From Cupriavidus necator (GTDB lineage Bacteria > Pseudomonadota > Gammaproteobacteria > Burkholderiales > Burkholderiaceae), in contig NZ_CP066018.1 of the NCBI RefSeq assembly GCF_016127575.1, positions 150,001 through 182,000 on the forward strand: a stretch of DNA of 32,000 bases, written 5' to 3'. The notes below the pieces were generated by a model. That model had not been told where the DNA came from and did not search any database. It saw only the letters and a program-made list of their open reading frames with translations. The translations under genes were made by a program, and so were the position numbers. Shown piece by piece: positions 15,422 to 23,129 of this stretch (position 1 is its first letter; each line of letters starts with the position of its first letter).

Positions 15422-16133
15422 GAAGGTAAGCCTTCACCAGGGTCTTGTCGTTCAGCAGCGCCTGCCATTCGCCGCGCCGGACTTCATGGATCACGCGCCC
15501 CACTGACAGCACGTAGGCGCGATCCGTCATGTCCGCGGCGATCGCCACGCTTTGTTCGACCAGCAAGATGCTCAGCCCGCGCGCGCGCAGCTGGTTCAGC
15601 ACCGCCAGGATCTCCTTGACGATGCGGGGCGCCAGGCCGGTGGTGAGTTCATCCATGATCAGCAGGTCGGGCTGGAGCAACAGCGCGCGCGCGATCGCCA
15701 CCATCTGCTGCTGCCCCCCGGACAGCAGCCCGACCGCGCTGTCGGCACGTTCGCGCAGCAGCGCAAACAGATCGCATACATCGTCATAGGTGTAGCGCAG
15801 CGCGCCGCCGCGGGCGCGCTTGCCGGCCTGCTCGGCCAGGCGCAGGTTGTCGCGCACCGACAGCTCGGCAAACAGGTTGCGGTTTTCCAGCACTACGCCG
15901 ATGCCATGCCTGAAGCGGCGATGCCCGGGGACATGGCCGATCTCCGCCCCGTCCTTGACGATGCTGCCGGCCATCGGCCGGATCAGGCCGGCCAGCGTGC
16001 GCACCAGCGCGGTCTTGCCGGCGCCGTTGGCGCCCACCACCGCCACCGCCTCGCCCGGCGCGACCGTCATGTCGACATCGTGCAGCACCGGCACCGCGCC
16101 GTAACCGGCGCGCAGGCCTTTCACGTTCAGCAT
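15414..16133 (-). CDS. livF: branched-chain-amino-acid-type (HAAT family) ABC transporter ATP-binding protein, LivF-like
   Basis: Walker A GANGAGKT, signature LSGGQQQM, Walker B LLIMDE. Length 239 aa, typical of LivF. The livG stop lies 2 nt upstream. Confidence 0.93.
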   Translation of the reverse strand: MLNVKGLRAGYGAVPVLHDVDMTVAPGEAVAVVGANGAGKTALVRTLAGLIRPMAGSIVKDGAEIGHVPGHRRFRHGIGVVLENRNLFAELSVRDNLRLAEQAGKRARGGALRYTYDDVCDLFALLRERADSAVGLLSGGQQQMVAIARALLLQPDLLIMDELTTGLAPRIVKEILAVLNQLRARGLSILLVEQSVAIAADMTDRAYVLSVGRVIHEVRRGEWQALLNDKTLVKAYLHG

Positions 16134-16135
16134 GG

Positions 16136-16942
16136 TCAGACTCCCAGATAGGCTTCACGCACGCGCGGATCGGCCTGCACCTCGTGCAGCGCCCCGCTGG
16201 CGATGATTTCACCGTAATAGAGGACATGGGCCGTACCGCAGATCGTCATCAGCCCCATGTCGTGCGAGACCAGCAGGATGGTCATGCCCTCCTGGTGCAG
16301 GCGCACGATCCATGCGCGCAGCAGTTCGATCTCTTCGCTGTTCAGCCCCGACGACGGCTCGTCCAGCAACAGCAGTTCCGGATTGCCGATGCAGGCACGC
16401 GCCAGTTCGACGATGCGCCGCTGGCCCGCCGGGAGGGTGCCGGCCCGGTGCTGCAGCAAGCGCTCCAGCCCGAATTTGCCGGCGCATGCCAGCGCGGCGT
16501 CGTGCATGGCCGCCAGCTCGCGGCGCGACGCCGGCGTGCGCAGCATCGCCTGCAGCACGCCAGCGTGGGTGGCCTTGTGGCAGCCTGCCATCAGGTTCTC
16601 GAGCACGGTCATGTGCTCGAACACCTGTGGCGTCTGGAAGGTGCGCACCAGGCCGGCGCGGCTGCGCTGCTGGACGGTGTCGGCGGTGATGTCCCGCCCC
16701 GCCAGCGACACCTTGCCCCCCTTCGGGCGCAGAAAGCCGGAGACGATATTGAAGCAGGTGGTCTTGCCGCTGCCGTTCGGACCGATCAGGCCGACGATAT
16801 GGCCGGCCGGCACGTCGAAGCTGACATTGCGCAGCACCTCCAGCCCGCCGAAGCTGTGCGCGACCGCGTCGAGGCGCAGTAATGCCTGCGCCGGGCGCAC
16901 GGCTTGTGGCGCCGTGCCAAAAGCAGGAACGGGATGGTTCAT
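16136..16942 (-). CDS. livG: HAAT family ABC transporter ATP-binding protein, LivG-like
   Basis: Walker A GPNGSGKTT, signature LPAGQRRIVELARA, Walker B LLLLDEPSSGLN, and the LivG-type C-terminal extension (...DPRVREAYLGV). The ATG at 16942 is preceded by GGAG (8 nt spacer), which now lies inside or adjacent to the IS left end. Confidence 0.93.
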   Translation of the reverse strand: MNHPVPAFGTAPQAVRPAQALLRLDAVAHSFGGLEVLRNVSFDVPAGHIVGLIGPNGSGKTTCFNIVSGFLRPKGGKVSLAGRDITADTVQQRSRAGLVRTFQTPQVFEHMTVLENLMAGCHKATHAGVLQAMLRTPASRRELAAMHDAALACAGKFGLERLLQHRAGTLPAGQRRIVELARACIGNPELLLLDEPSSGLNSEEIELLRAWIVRLHQEGMTILLVSHDMGLMTICGTAHVLYYGEIIASGALHEVQADPRVREAYLGV

Positions 16943-16960
16943 CAGACTTGCTCCGAAAAA

Positions 16961-16980
16961 CCTCGCCCTTCAGGGCGGGG
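16961..16980 (+). repeat. left-end (LE) subterminal imperfect palindrome of the IS element
   Basis: CCTCGCCC / GGGCGGGG forms an 8-bp stem (one T.G pair) with loop TTCA. It begins 18 nt inside the proposed left boundary, similar to the IS608-type architecture. Confidence 0.65.
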
Positions 16981-17031
16981 AGTGAAAGGAGTGCTGCCGG
17001 CAGCAAGCAATCCCAAATTAGAATGACCGGC

Positions 17032-18069
17032 ATGCCTCTCGTCTATCGCTACCGGGTGAAGTCGCTGAACGGCCTGCTCAATCAGCAGAGCCGCGCGGTG
17101 AACTACGTCTGGAACTTCTGCAATGACACGCAGAAGCACGCGCTCAAATGGGGCAAGAAGTGGCCCACGGGTTTCGATCTGAACGTGCTGACGACCGGCA
17201 GCAGCAAGGAACTCCGTATCCATTCCGGCACAATCAACGCGGTTTGCGAGCAGTACGCCAAGTCGCGTAGCCAGCACCGCCGGCCGTGCCTGCGCTATCG
17301 CGGCCGCAAGTCGCTCGGTTGGGCACCGCTCAAGGGCCGGGATCTCAAGCGCTCGGGCGACGGATTCCGCTTTGCCGGCGTGTTCAGCTCCCGCCCCCTT
17401 CCCGAGGGCAAGATCAAGGACGGCACCAATTTCTCCCGCGATGCGCGAGGCAATTGGTTCCTGAACATCGTGATTGAAGTTGCCGACACCCAGGCCCGGC
17501 CCCCGGAACGCGGCGTCGGCATCGATCTTGGCTTGAAGGACCTTGCCACGCTGTCCACCGGCGAAAAGGTCGAGAATCCGCGCCACCTTGGCCGACTCGA
17601 GCAAGCGCTGGCCAAGGCGCAGCGTGCGCGCAAGAAACGACAGGCCACGAACCTCGACGCGCGCATCAAAAATGGGCGGCGTGACTTTCTGCACAAGCTC
17701 TCGCATCGCATCGTGCGGGACTTCGACTACATCGCGGTGGGGAATGTGAACGCCGCCGGCCTCGCCAAGACCAGCGTGGCGAAGTCCGTCCTCGATGCGG
17801 GCTGGTCGTCCTTCCGCACAATGCTCGCGTACAAGGCGATTGTGCATGGCGCGTGGTACGAGGAAGTCGACGAACGTTTCACCACCCAGGTTTGTTCTTC
17901 GTGCGACGCGATGCCGCCGGAGAGGCCGAAAGGTATCGCAGACCTTGGAATAAGGCAGTGGGTATGCAGTGGATGCGGTGCTGTACATGATCGCGATGTG
18001 AACGCTGCGCTAAATGTCCTTGCCCGATCGGGACATCGATCGCCTGCAGAGGGAAACTCCTCCCTTTAG
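17032..18069 (+). CDS. tnpB: TnpB (IS605 OrfB-family RNA-guided endonuclease-like protein), non-canonical RuvC-II motif
   Basis: MPLVYRYRVKS... is a TnpB-type N-terminus. RuvC-I is GIDLGLKD. Zn-ribbon is CSSC...CSGCG. RuvC-III is HDRDVNAALNV. The canonical xEDLN is replaced by IAVGNVN (17731-17751). The start could alternatively be ATG 17023. The track ORF start at 16882 is an antisense run-in over livG. Confidence 0.9.
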   Translation: MPLVYRYRVKSLNGLLNQQSRAVNYVWNFCNDTQKHALKWGKKWPTGFDLNVLTTGSSKELRIHSGTINAVCEQYAKSRSQHRRPCLRYRGRKSLGWAPLKGRDLKRSGDGFRFAGVFSSRPLPEGKIKDGTNFSRDARGNWFLNIVIEVADTQARPPERGVGIDLGLKDLATLSTGEKVENPRHLGRLEQALAKAQRARKKRQATNLDARIKNGRRDFLHKLSHRIVRDFDYIAVGNVNAAGLAKTSVAKSVLDAGWSSFRTMLAYKAIVHGAWYEEVDERFTTQVCSSCDAMPPERPKGIADLGIRQWVCSGCGAVHDRDVNAALNVLARSGHRSPAEGNSSL

Positions 18070-18102
18070 GGAGGGGAGGATGTCAACTTGCCTCCTTCAG
18101 TC
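17920..18102 (+). ncRNA. predicted omega-RNA (reRNA) scaffold overlapping the tnpB 3' end and RE, with guide taken from the right flank
   Basis: Assigned by analogy with characterised TnpB loci only. The RE hairpin at 18057-18078 and the following flank (TCAACTTGCCTCCTTC or CTTGCCTCCTTCAGTC, depending on the boundary) would form the 3' part. The 5' limit is a guess. Confidence 0.3.
18057..18078 (+). repeat. right-end (RE) subterminal imperfect palindrome of the IS element
   Basis: CTCCTCCC-TTTA-GGGAGG(GG)AG has a 6-bp perfect inner stem plus 2 bp after a 2-nt bulge. It spans the tnpB stop codon (18067-18069) and resembles the LE hairpin (CCC-TTxA-GGG core). Confidence 0.65.
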
Positions 18103-19030
18103 CGCGCATGCGCTGCAGCGCACCAGCGATGCCGCCCGTCATCCCGCCGGGCATCAGCGTGACCACCAGCACCAGCACCGCGCCGAACAGCACCTGGTGG
18201 AAATCCCCCAGCCCGCTCAGCAGTTCCGGCACGAGCGAGACGAACAGCGCACCAAGGATCACGCCATAGGTGGAGCGGGCACCCGCCACCACCGGCACCA
18301 GCAGAAACACGATGGAGCGCTCCACCGTAAAGCTCTGCACGCTGACGAACGACACATAGTGGGCAAACAAGGTCCCGGCCAGCGAGCCCAGCATGGCCGA
18401 CAGCACGAACATCGAGGTCTTCAGCCGGTGCATGTCCACGCCCAGCACCTGCGCCGCCGGCGCGGCATCGCGCATCGCCCGCATGGCCAGGCCCGGGCGG
18501 CCCTTGACCAGGTTGTCGACCAGCCACAGCAGCACCGCGAGCAGCGGCCAGACGAAGTAGTAGTAGCGCTCCGGGGTGTCCAGCACATAGCCGAACCAGG
18601 ACAGCTTGGGAATGCCGCCGATTCCCAGCGTGCCGCCGGTCAGCCAGTCCCACTCGAAGAACAGCACGTTGGCGATGCTTCCCACCGCCAGCGTCGCCAG
18701 CGCCAGGAAGAAGCCGCCCAGGCGCAGCACCGGCACGCCGATGGCCGCAGCCAGCGCGGCGCTGATGGCCAGCCCGGCGGCCGCACCGGCCAACGCCGGC
18801 CAGCCCAGCGCCGTGGTGCAGTACGCCGAGGCGTATGCGCCGATGCCGTAGAACGAGGCCTGCGCCAGGTTGACGATGCCGCACTGCCCCAGCAGCAGGC
18901 CCACGCCAAGGCCGCCCACGGCCAGGATGGCGGCGAAGTTGAGCAGGTCGACGTGGTGCCGCGACAGCAGCTGCCCGGCCGCCACCCACAGCAACACGCC
19001 AGCCAGGATGAACGCGCGTGACGGGTTCAT
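18083..19030 (-). CDS. livM: HAAT family ABC transporter permease, LivM-like
   Basis: 315 aa polytopic membrane protein with typical LivM segments (LGQCGIVNLAQASFYGIGAYASAY..., GGTLGIGGIP). SD GGGAGGA precedes the ATG at 19030, which lies 2 nt after the livH stop. The stop codon (18083-18085) lies at or inside the IS right-end boundary. Confidence 0.9.
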   Translation of the reverse strand: MNPSRAFILAGVLLWVAAGQLLSRHHVDLLNFAAILAVGGLGVGLLLGQCGIVNLAQASFYGIGAYASAYCTTALGWPALAGAAAGLAISAALAAAIGVPVLRLGGFFLALATLAVGSIANVLFFEWDWLTGGTLGIGGIPKLSWFGYVLDTPERYYYFVWPLLAVLLWLVDNLVKGRPGLAMRAMRDAAPAAQVLGVDMHRLKTSMFVLSAMLGSLAGTLFAHYVSFVSVQSFTVERSIVFLLVPVVAGARSTYGVILGALFVSLVPELLSGLGDFHQVLFGAVLVLVVTLMPGGMTGGIAGALQRMRGLKEAS

Positions 19031-19032
19031 GG

Positions 19033-19920
19033 TTATCCTCCCTTGCGCCCGGCCCGGCCCAGCACGCCGTTGGGCAGCAGAATCATGATGACGATCAGGA
19101 TCGACAGCGCGATCACGTCGCGATAGCCAGACGGGAAACCCACCACCGCCAGCGATTCCGCCAGGCCGAGCAGCAGGCCTCCCGCCACGGCCCCGAGCGG
19201 ATTGCCCAGGCCGCCGAGAATGGCCGCGGCAAAGCCCTTCAGCGTGAGGCCGATGCCCATCTGGTAGTTCATCGACAGCAGCGGCGTGACCAGCACGCCG
19301 GCGATCGCGCCGAACCCGCCGCCGAGCAGGAACGTGTACGTGCGCATGCGGCGCACGTTGATGCCGGTGGTGGTGGCGCCATCCGGATCGAGCGAGGCAG
19401 CGGTCATGGCCAGGCCCGCCAGGGTCCTGGTGTAGAACAGGCGCAGCGCACCGACCAGCAGCACCGCAATGCCGGTCAGCGCCAGCGCATGCACGGGCGT
19501 GGTAGCGCCGAACAGCTCCACCACCCCCTCCCCACCGAGCGCCGGCAGCAGGTGCGAATCCCGGCCGCCGAAGTAGAGCGCCGCGGCCGACAGCGCAAAG
19601 GCCAGGCCAATGGTCAGCAGCAGGAAGCTCTCTTCGCCGGCGCCGCGGCGCAGCATCGGCCGCACGAACAGCACGTCGATGGCCAGGCCGCTGACGGCAC
19701 CGGCGGCAATGCCGCCGGCAATCGCCAACGCATATGGCAGGCCCAGCGCCTTCAGCGCGAACACCGCCACCAGCGCGCCGATCACCGCGAACTCGCCCTG
19801 CATCGCATTGACGATACGCGTGCCCTTGAAGATGATGGCCATGCCCACGCCGATCAGCGCGTAGACGAAGCCATTGGTGATCCCGGACAGGATCGCCTGG
19901 AATACGAGGGTAGTGGACAT
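19033..19920 (-). CDS. livH: HAAT family ABC transporter permease, LivH-like
   Basis: Start set at MSTTLVFQAILSGITNGFVYALIGVGMAIIFKG (ATG 19920, SD AAGGAG 6 nt upstream). 295 aa. The track ORF extension to 20541 overlaps the binding-protein gene and is Arg/His-rich junk. Confidence 0.9.
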   Translation of the reverse strand: MSTTLVFQAILSGITNGFVYALIGVGMAIIFKGTRIVNAMQGEFAVIGALVAVFALKALGLPYALAIAGGIAAGAVSGLAIDVLFVRPMLRRGAGEESFLLLTIGLAFALSAAALYFGGRDSHLLPALGGEGVVELFGATTPVHALALTGIAVLLVGALRLFYTRTLAGLAMTAASLDPDGATTTGINVRRMRTYTFLLGGGFGAIAGVLVTPLLSMNYQMGIGLTLKGFAAAILGGLGNPLGAVAGGLLLGLAESLAVVGFPSGYRDVIALSILIVIMILLPNGVLGRAGRKGG

Positions 19921-19949
19921 ACCAGCTCCTTTCCCGCGAGCGTCGCAGG

Positions 19950-21104
19950 CTATGGTTTGGCCTTGTAGGGCAGCCGCTCGAACCGGCCCTTCTGCAGCTT
20001 CGAGTACGTGAAGCCGGCCAGCGTCATGCCGCCCATGTCGGGCGCGGCGAAGTCGTAGCCGCTGGTGACGCCCTGGTAAGGCCGGCGCAACGCGCTGCAC
20101 AGCTTGTCGCCCGGCGCATCGGCACCGGCCGCCTTCAGGCCCGCGGCCAAGGCCATGACCGCATCCCAGCCCACCGCCGAGAAATGCTTGGGCAGCTTGC
20201 CGTACTCCTTGCGGAAGGCCTCGACGAATTCCTTCTGTCCCGGCAGCGGGTCTTCGGACACGATGAACTCGGGATGGATGATGTTGTCCGCGGCCTCGCC
20301 CATGGCCTTGACGGTCTCGTAGGTAGCCGTGCCATGCACGGAGATGATGGGAACGCCGACCTTCAGCTGGCGCACGTTGCGGAACGGCGCGGGCGAGGTC
20401 GAGATGACGATGATGGCATCCGGCGTGGCCGCCTTGATCTTGGCCGCCTGCGTGGTGACATCGGTGGCGGCGATCTCGAACTTCTCCACCTGTATGAAGC
20501 TGACGCCGTACTCGCGATCCAGCGTCTTCAGGCTGGTCCATACCACCTGCCCATAGCCCGAGTCATGCAGCACGCCGACGCGCTTCAGGCCGTTGTCGCG
20601 CGCATAGGCCAGCACGGCACGCGCGTTGAGCTCCTGCGACGGCGTCAGGTGGAACACGCAATGGCGTTCGCGCTCCACCGCGGGCCCCAGTCCCGAGAAC
20701 GAGAACAGTGGCACCTTCTGCGCCTGTGTGATGCCGCCGATGGCAACCGTCTGGGCAATGCCCGATGGCCCGACGATGGCGCGAACCTTGTGCGTATGGA
20801 GCAGCGCGTTCGCCTTGGCGACGGCGGAATCCGGGCTGGAGCCGTCGTCTTCGACAATCATTTCCAGCGGCCGCCCGCCAATACCCCCACGGGCATTGAC
20901 GACCTTCTGCGCCAGCAGCGCGCCTTCGCGCTCGGCCTGGCCCACGGCGGCAAGGCCGCCGGTGATCGAGAACAGGCCGCCGATGCGGACCGGTTCGGCG
21001 CCGGGCTTGCCCTGGGCCAGCACCGGCGGCATCGCCAGGACCAGGGCAAGCCCGGCGGCGGCAAACAAGGCGCGTGGCGCCCGGGTGATCGGGTTGTGGT
21101 TCAT
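19950..21104 (-). CDS. ABC transporter periplasmic substrate-binding protein (Leu/Ile/Val-binding-protein family)
   Basis: Signal peptide ends in ...LVLAMPPVLAQG. Followed by VRIGGLFSITGGLAAVGQAEREGALLAQKVVNARGGIGGRPLEMIVEDDGSSPDSAV, typical of type-I LivJ/K-like receptors. 384 aa. Confidence 0.9.
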   Translation of the reverse strand: MNHNPITRAPRALFAAAGLALVLAMPPVLAQGKPGAEPVRIGGLFSITGGLAAVGQAEREGALLAQKVVNARGGIGGRPLEMIVEDDGSSPDSAVAKANALLHTHKVRAIVGPSGIAQTVAIGGITQAQKVPLFSFSGLGPAVERERHCVFHLTPSQELNARAVLAYARDNGLKRVGVLHDSGYGQVVWTSLKTLDREYGVSFIQVEKFEIAATDVTTQAAKIKAATPDAIIVISTSPAPFRNVRQLKVGVPIISVHGTATYETVKAMGEAADNIIHPEFIVSEDPLPGQKEFVEAFRKEYGKLPKHFSAVGWDAVMALAAGLKAAGADAPGDKLCSALRRPYQGVTSGYDFAAPDMGGMTLAGFTYSKLQKGRFERLPYKAKP

Positions 21105-21140
21105 GTCTCCGTCCTTGTTGTAGGTATCGGGTTGGCCCGA

Positions 21141-22058
21141 TTACACTGCGCCGGGCACGCCTGCCCACTCGAGCACATCGGCCAGCGCGGCGATGTCGAG
21201 ATGGCCCTGCCGGCGCTGCTGCATCAGCGCCAGGTATTGCCGCACCAGCGACGACATCGGCAGCGCGACCGCGTTGTCGCGGGCCACCGCCAATGCCAGG
21301 TCGAGGTCCTTCACCACCAGCGAGATCGGGCCGACGGCGGCGTAGTCGCGCTGCTTGAGCTGCTCTGCCTTGGTGCGGTAGTGGGCGCTGCCGACGATGC
21401 TGTCGTTGATCGCATCGACCATCAGCGCGCGGTTCAGCCCGGCGCGCGCGCCGAAGGCCAGCCCTTCGCCGATCACCGCGGTGCTCATGAACACCATCAT
21501 GTTGATCATCAGCTTGATGACGCGGGCCTCGTCCGCGCCGCCCACGTATGACTGGCGCGCGGTCAGGCACGCGAGGACGGGCTGCACCGCGTCGAAGGCC
21601 GGCCGCGGCCCGGATACGAAACAGCTCAGCTGCGCGCTCGCCGCCAGCGATACCGTACCCGACACCGGCGCGCGCAGAAAAGCGGCGCCGCGCCGCGCGA
21701 GCGCGGCAGCCACCTCTGCCGAGGCATCGGGCGAGACCGTGCTCATGTCGACAAAGACCTTGTCCGCCGTCGCGGCGCCGGCAACGCCGCCGGAGGCCAG
21801 GAACAGGTCGCGCAGCCCGCCATCGTCAAAGATCGTTGAGAACACCACATCCGAGTCCGCCACCAGTGCCTGCGCGGCAGGCGCCACTGCCGCCCCTGCG
21901 GCGGCCACCGCCTCGCACTGCGCCGGCACGCGGTCAAAGACCGTGAGCCGGTAGCCGGCTTTCAGCAGGTTCAGGCACATCGGTCGGCCCATGGCACCAA
22001 CGCCGATCCATCCAAGCCGCGGTGATTGCACCGCGTGCGCGTTGCTTGTGTTGATCAT
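21141..22058 (-). CDS. NAD(P)-dependent beta-hydroxyacid dehydrogenase (3-hydroxyisobutyrate dehydrogenase family)
   Basis: Rossmann start LGWIGVGAMGRPMCLNLLKAGYRLTVFDR and the family-typical middle region (...GGADEARVIKLMINMMV...). 305 aa. Confidence 0.85.
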   Translation of the reverse strand: MINTSNAHAVQSPRLGWIGVGAMGRPMCLNLLKAGYRLTVFDRVPAQCEAVAAAGAAVAPAAQALVADSDVVFSTIFDDGGLRDLFLASGGVAGAATADKVFVDMSTVSPDASAEVAAALARRGAAFLRAPVSGTVSLAASAQLSCFVSGPRPAFDAVQPVLACLTARQSYVGGADEARVIKLMINMMVFMSTAVIGEGLAFGARAGLNRALMVDAINDSIVGSAHYRTKAEQLKQRDYAAVGPISLVVKDLDLALAVARDNAVALPMSSLVRQYLALMQQRRQGHLDIAALADVLEWAGVPGAV

Positions 22059-22069
22059 GGCCCGCCCCC

Positions 22070-23062
22070 CTACTCGACCCTGACGCCGGACAGCTCGACC
22101 AGCTTGCGCGTCTGGCGCGTCTGCGTCTCGATGTACTGCGAGAACTGCGCCGGGCTCAGCTTCATCGGCACCATCCCCTGCGCGGCGAAGTGCTTCTCGA
22201 CGAAGTCCTTGTCGTCCAGGATCTCGCGGATGGTGGCGTTCAGCTTGTCGACCACCGCGCGCGGCACCTTGGCCGGGGCCAGCACGCCGTAGACGGCCGA
22301 GATGTCCATGTCCTTGTAGCCGGCCTCGGCAAAGGTGGGCACCTGCGGCAGCGCGCGCGTGCGCTTGTCGCCGCTGACGGCGAGCACCTTGAGTTTCTTT
22401 GCCGCAACAAAGCTCTGGATCGTCGGCAGCGCCGGGAAGGTCATCAGGATCTGGCCGCCGACGACGTCTGCCACCGCCGGCGCCGAGCCCTTGTACGGCA
22501 CGTGGACCAGGTCGGTGCCGGCCAGCTTGTTGAACAGCGCGCCCATCAGGTGCGGCTGGCTGCCGCTGCCGAACGAGCCGTAGCTGAGGGCTTGCGGACG
22601 GCCCTTGGCATATGCGGCCAGGTCCTTGACGCTGTCCACCGGCAGGCTGCCCGAGACGGCCATGACGAGCGGCACGTAGCCGATCGTCGCCACCGGGGCA
22701 AAGTCGCGCGCGACGTTGTACGACACCGACGGCAGCACCACCGGGTTGAGCACGAAGGTGGCATCGTTGGTCAGCAGCAGCGTGTAGCCGTCGGGCTGCG
22801 CCTTGGCCACCGCGTCGGCGCCGATCACGGTATTGGCGCCGCTCTTGTTTTCCACCACCACCGGCTGGCCCAGCTTCTCGGACATGCGCTGCGCCAGTTG
22901 CCTGGCGATGATGTCGGTGGTTCCGCCCGGTGCGTAAGGCACCACCATGCGGATCGGCTGCGCGGGATAGGTCTGCGCCAGTGCGGCGCCCGTGCCTGCC
23001 AGGCAGGCCAGGCCGAAGGCTGCGGCACGCAGCGCGTGGGTCGTATGAAATTGCCAGGACAT
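22070..23062 (-). CDS. Bug family (TctC-like) tripartite tricarboxylate transporter substrate-binding protein
   Basis: Signal peptide ends in ...LACLAGTGAALAQ. Followed by YPAQPIRMVVPYAPGGTTDIIARQ, YGSFGSGSQPHL and PYKGSAPAVADVVGGQ. Start chosen at MSWQF (ATG 23062) because GGAG lies 5-6 nt upstream; ATG 23077 is possible. Confidence 0.9.
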   Translation of the reverse strand: MSWQFHTTHALRAAAFGLACLAGTGAALAQTYPAQPIRMVVPYAPGGTTDIIARQLAQRMSEKLGQPVVVENKSGANTVIGADAVAKAQPDGYTLLLTNDATFVLNPVVLPSVSYNVARDFAPVATIGYVPLVMAVSGSLPVDSVKDLAAYAKGRPQALSYGSFGSGSQPHLMGALFNKLAGTDLVHVPYKGSAPAVADVVGGQILMTFPALPTIQSFVAAKKLKVLAVSGDKRTRALPQVPTFAEAGYKDMDISAVYGVLAPAKVPRAVVDKLNATIREILDDKDFVEKHFAAQGMVPMKLSPAQFSQYIETQTRQTRKLVELSGVRVE

Positions 23063-23129
23063 AGGGTCTCCATCCATTGTCTGTGTCGACGGTGCCGGCT
23101 CGGACGGCCGGCTGCCGTCAGGGGATCAT

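Larger units (their letters stand above)
16943..18086 (+). mobile_element. TnpB-only IS200/IS605-family element (no tnpA) inserted between livM and livG; ends approximate (+/- ~12 bp)
   Basis: A ~1.14 kb block on the opposite strand fills the space between the livG start (16942) and the livM stop (18083). It has related subterminal hairpins at both ends (CCTCGCCC-TTCA-GGGCGGGG and CTCCTCCC-TTTA-GGGAGG..GAG), a single tnpB ORF, and a right end reading ...GGAGGATGTCAA. Confidence 0.75.

Noticed and set aside
16943-18086. Exapted TldR-like repressor rather than a transposon
   Set aside because: This was tempting because of the missing RuvC-II Glu and the ABC-operon context. However, both catalytic Asp residues, the Zn ribbon and matched LE/RE hairpins are retained, and the element sits as a clean insertion. 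It is kept as an open alternative in the findings and is not the primary call.
18014-21551. Plus-strand ORFs of 335, 316 and 455 aa antisense to livM, livH and the binding-protein gene
   Set aside because: The products are His/Arg/Gln/Asp-rich, with no hydrophobic segments or motifs. The minus-strand transporter genes are unambiguous.
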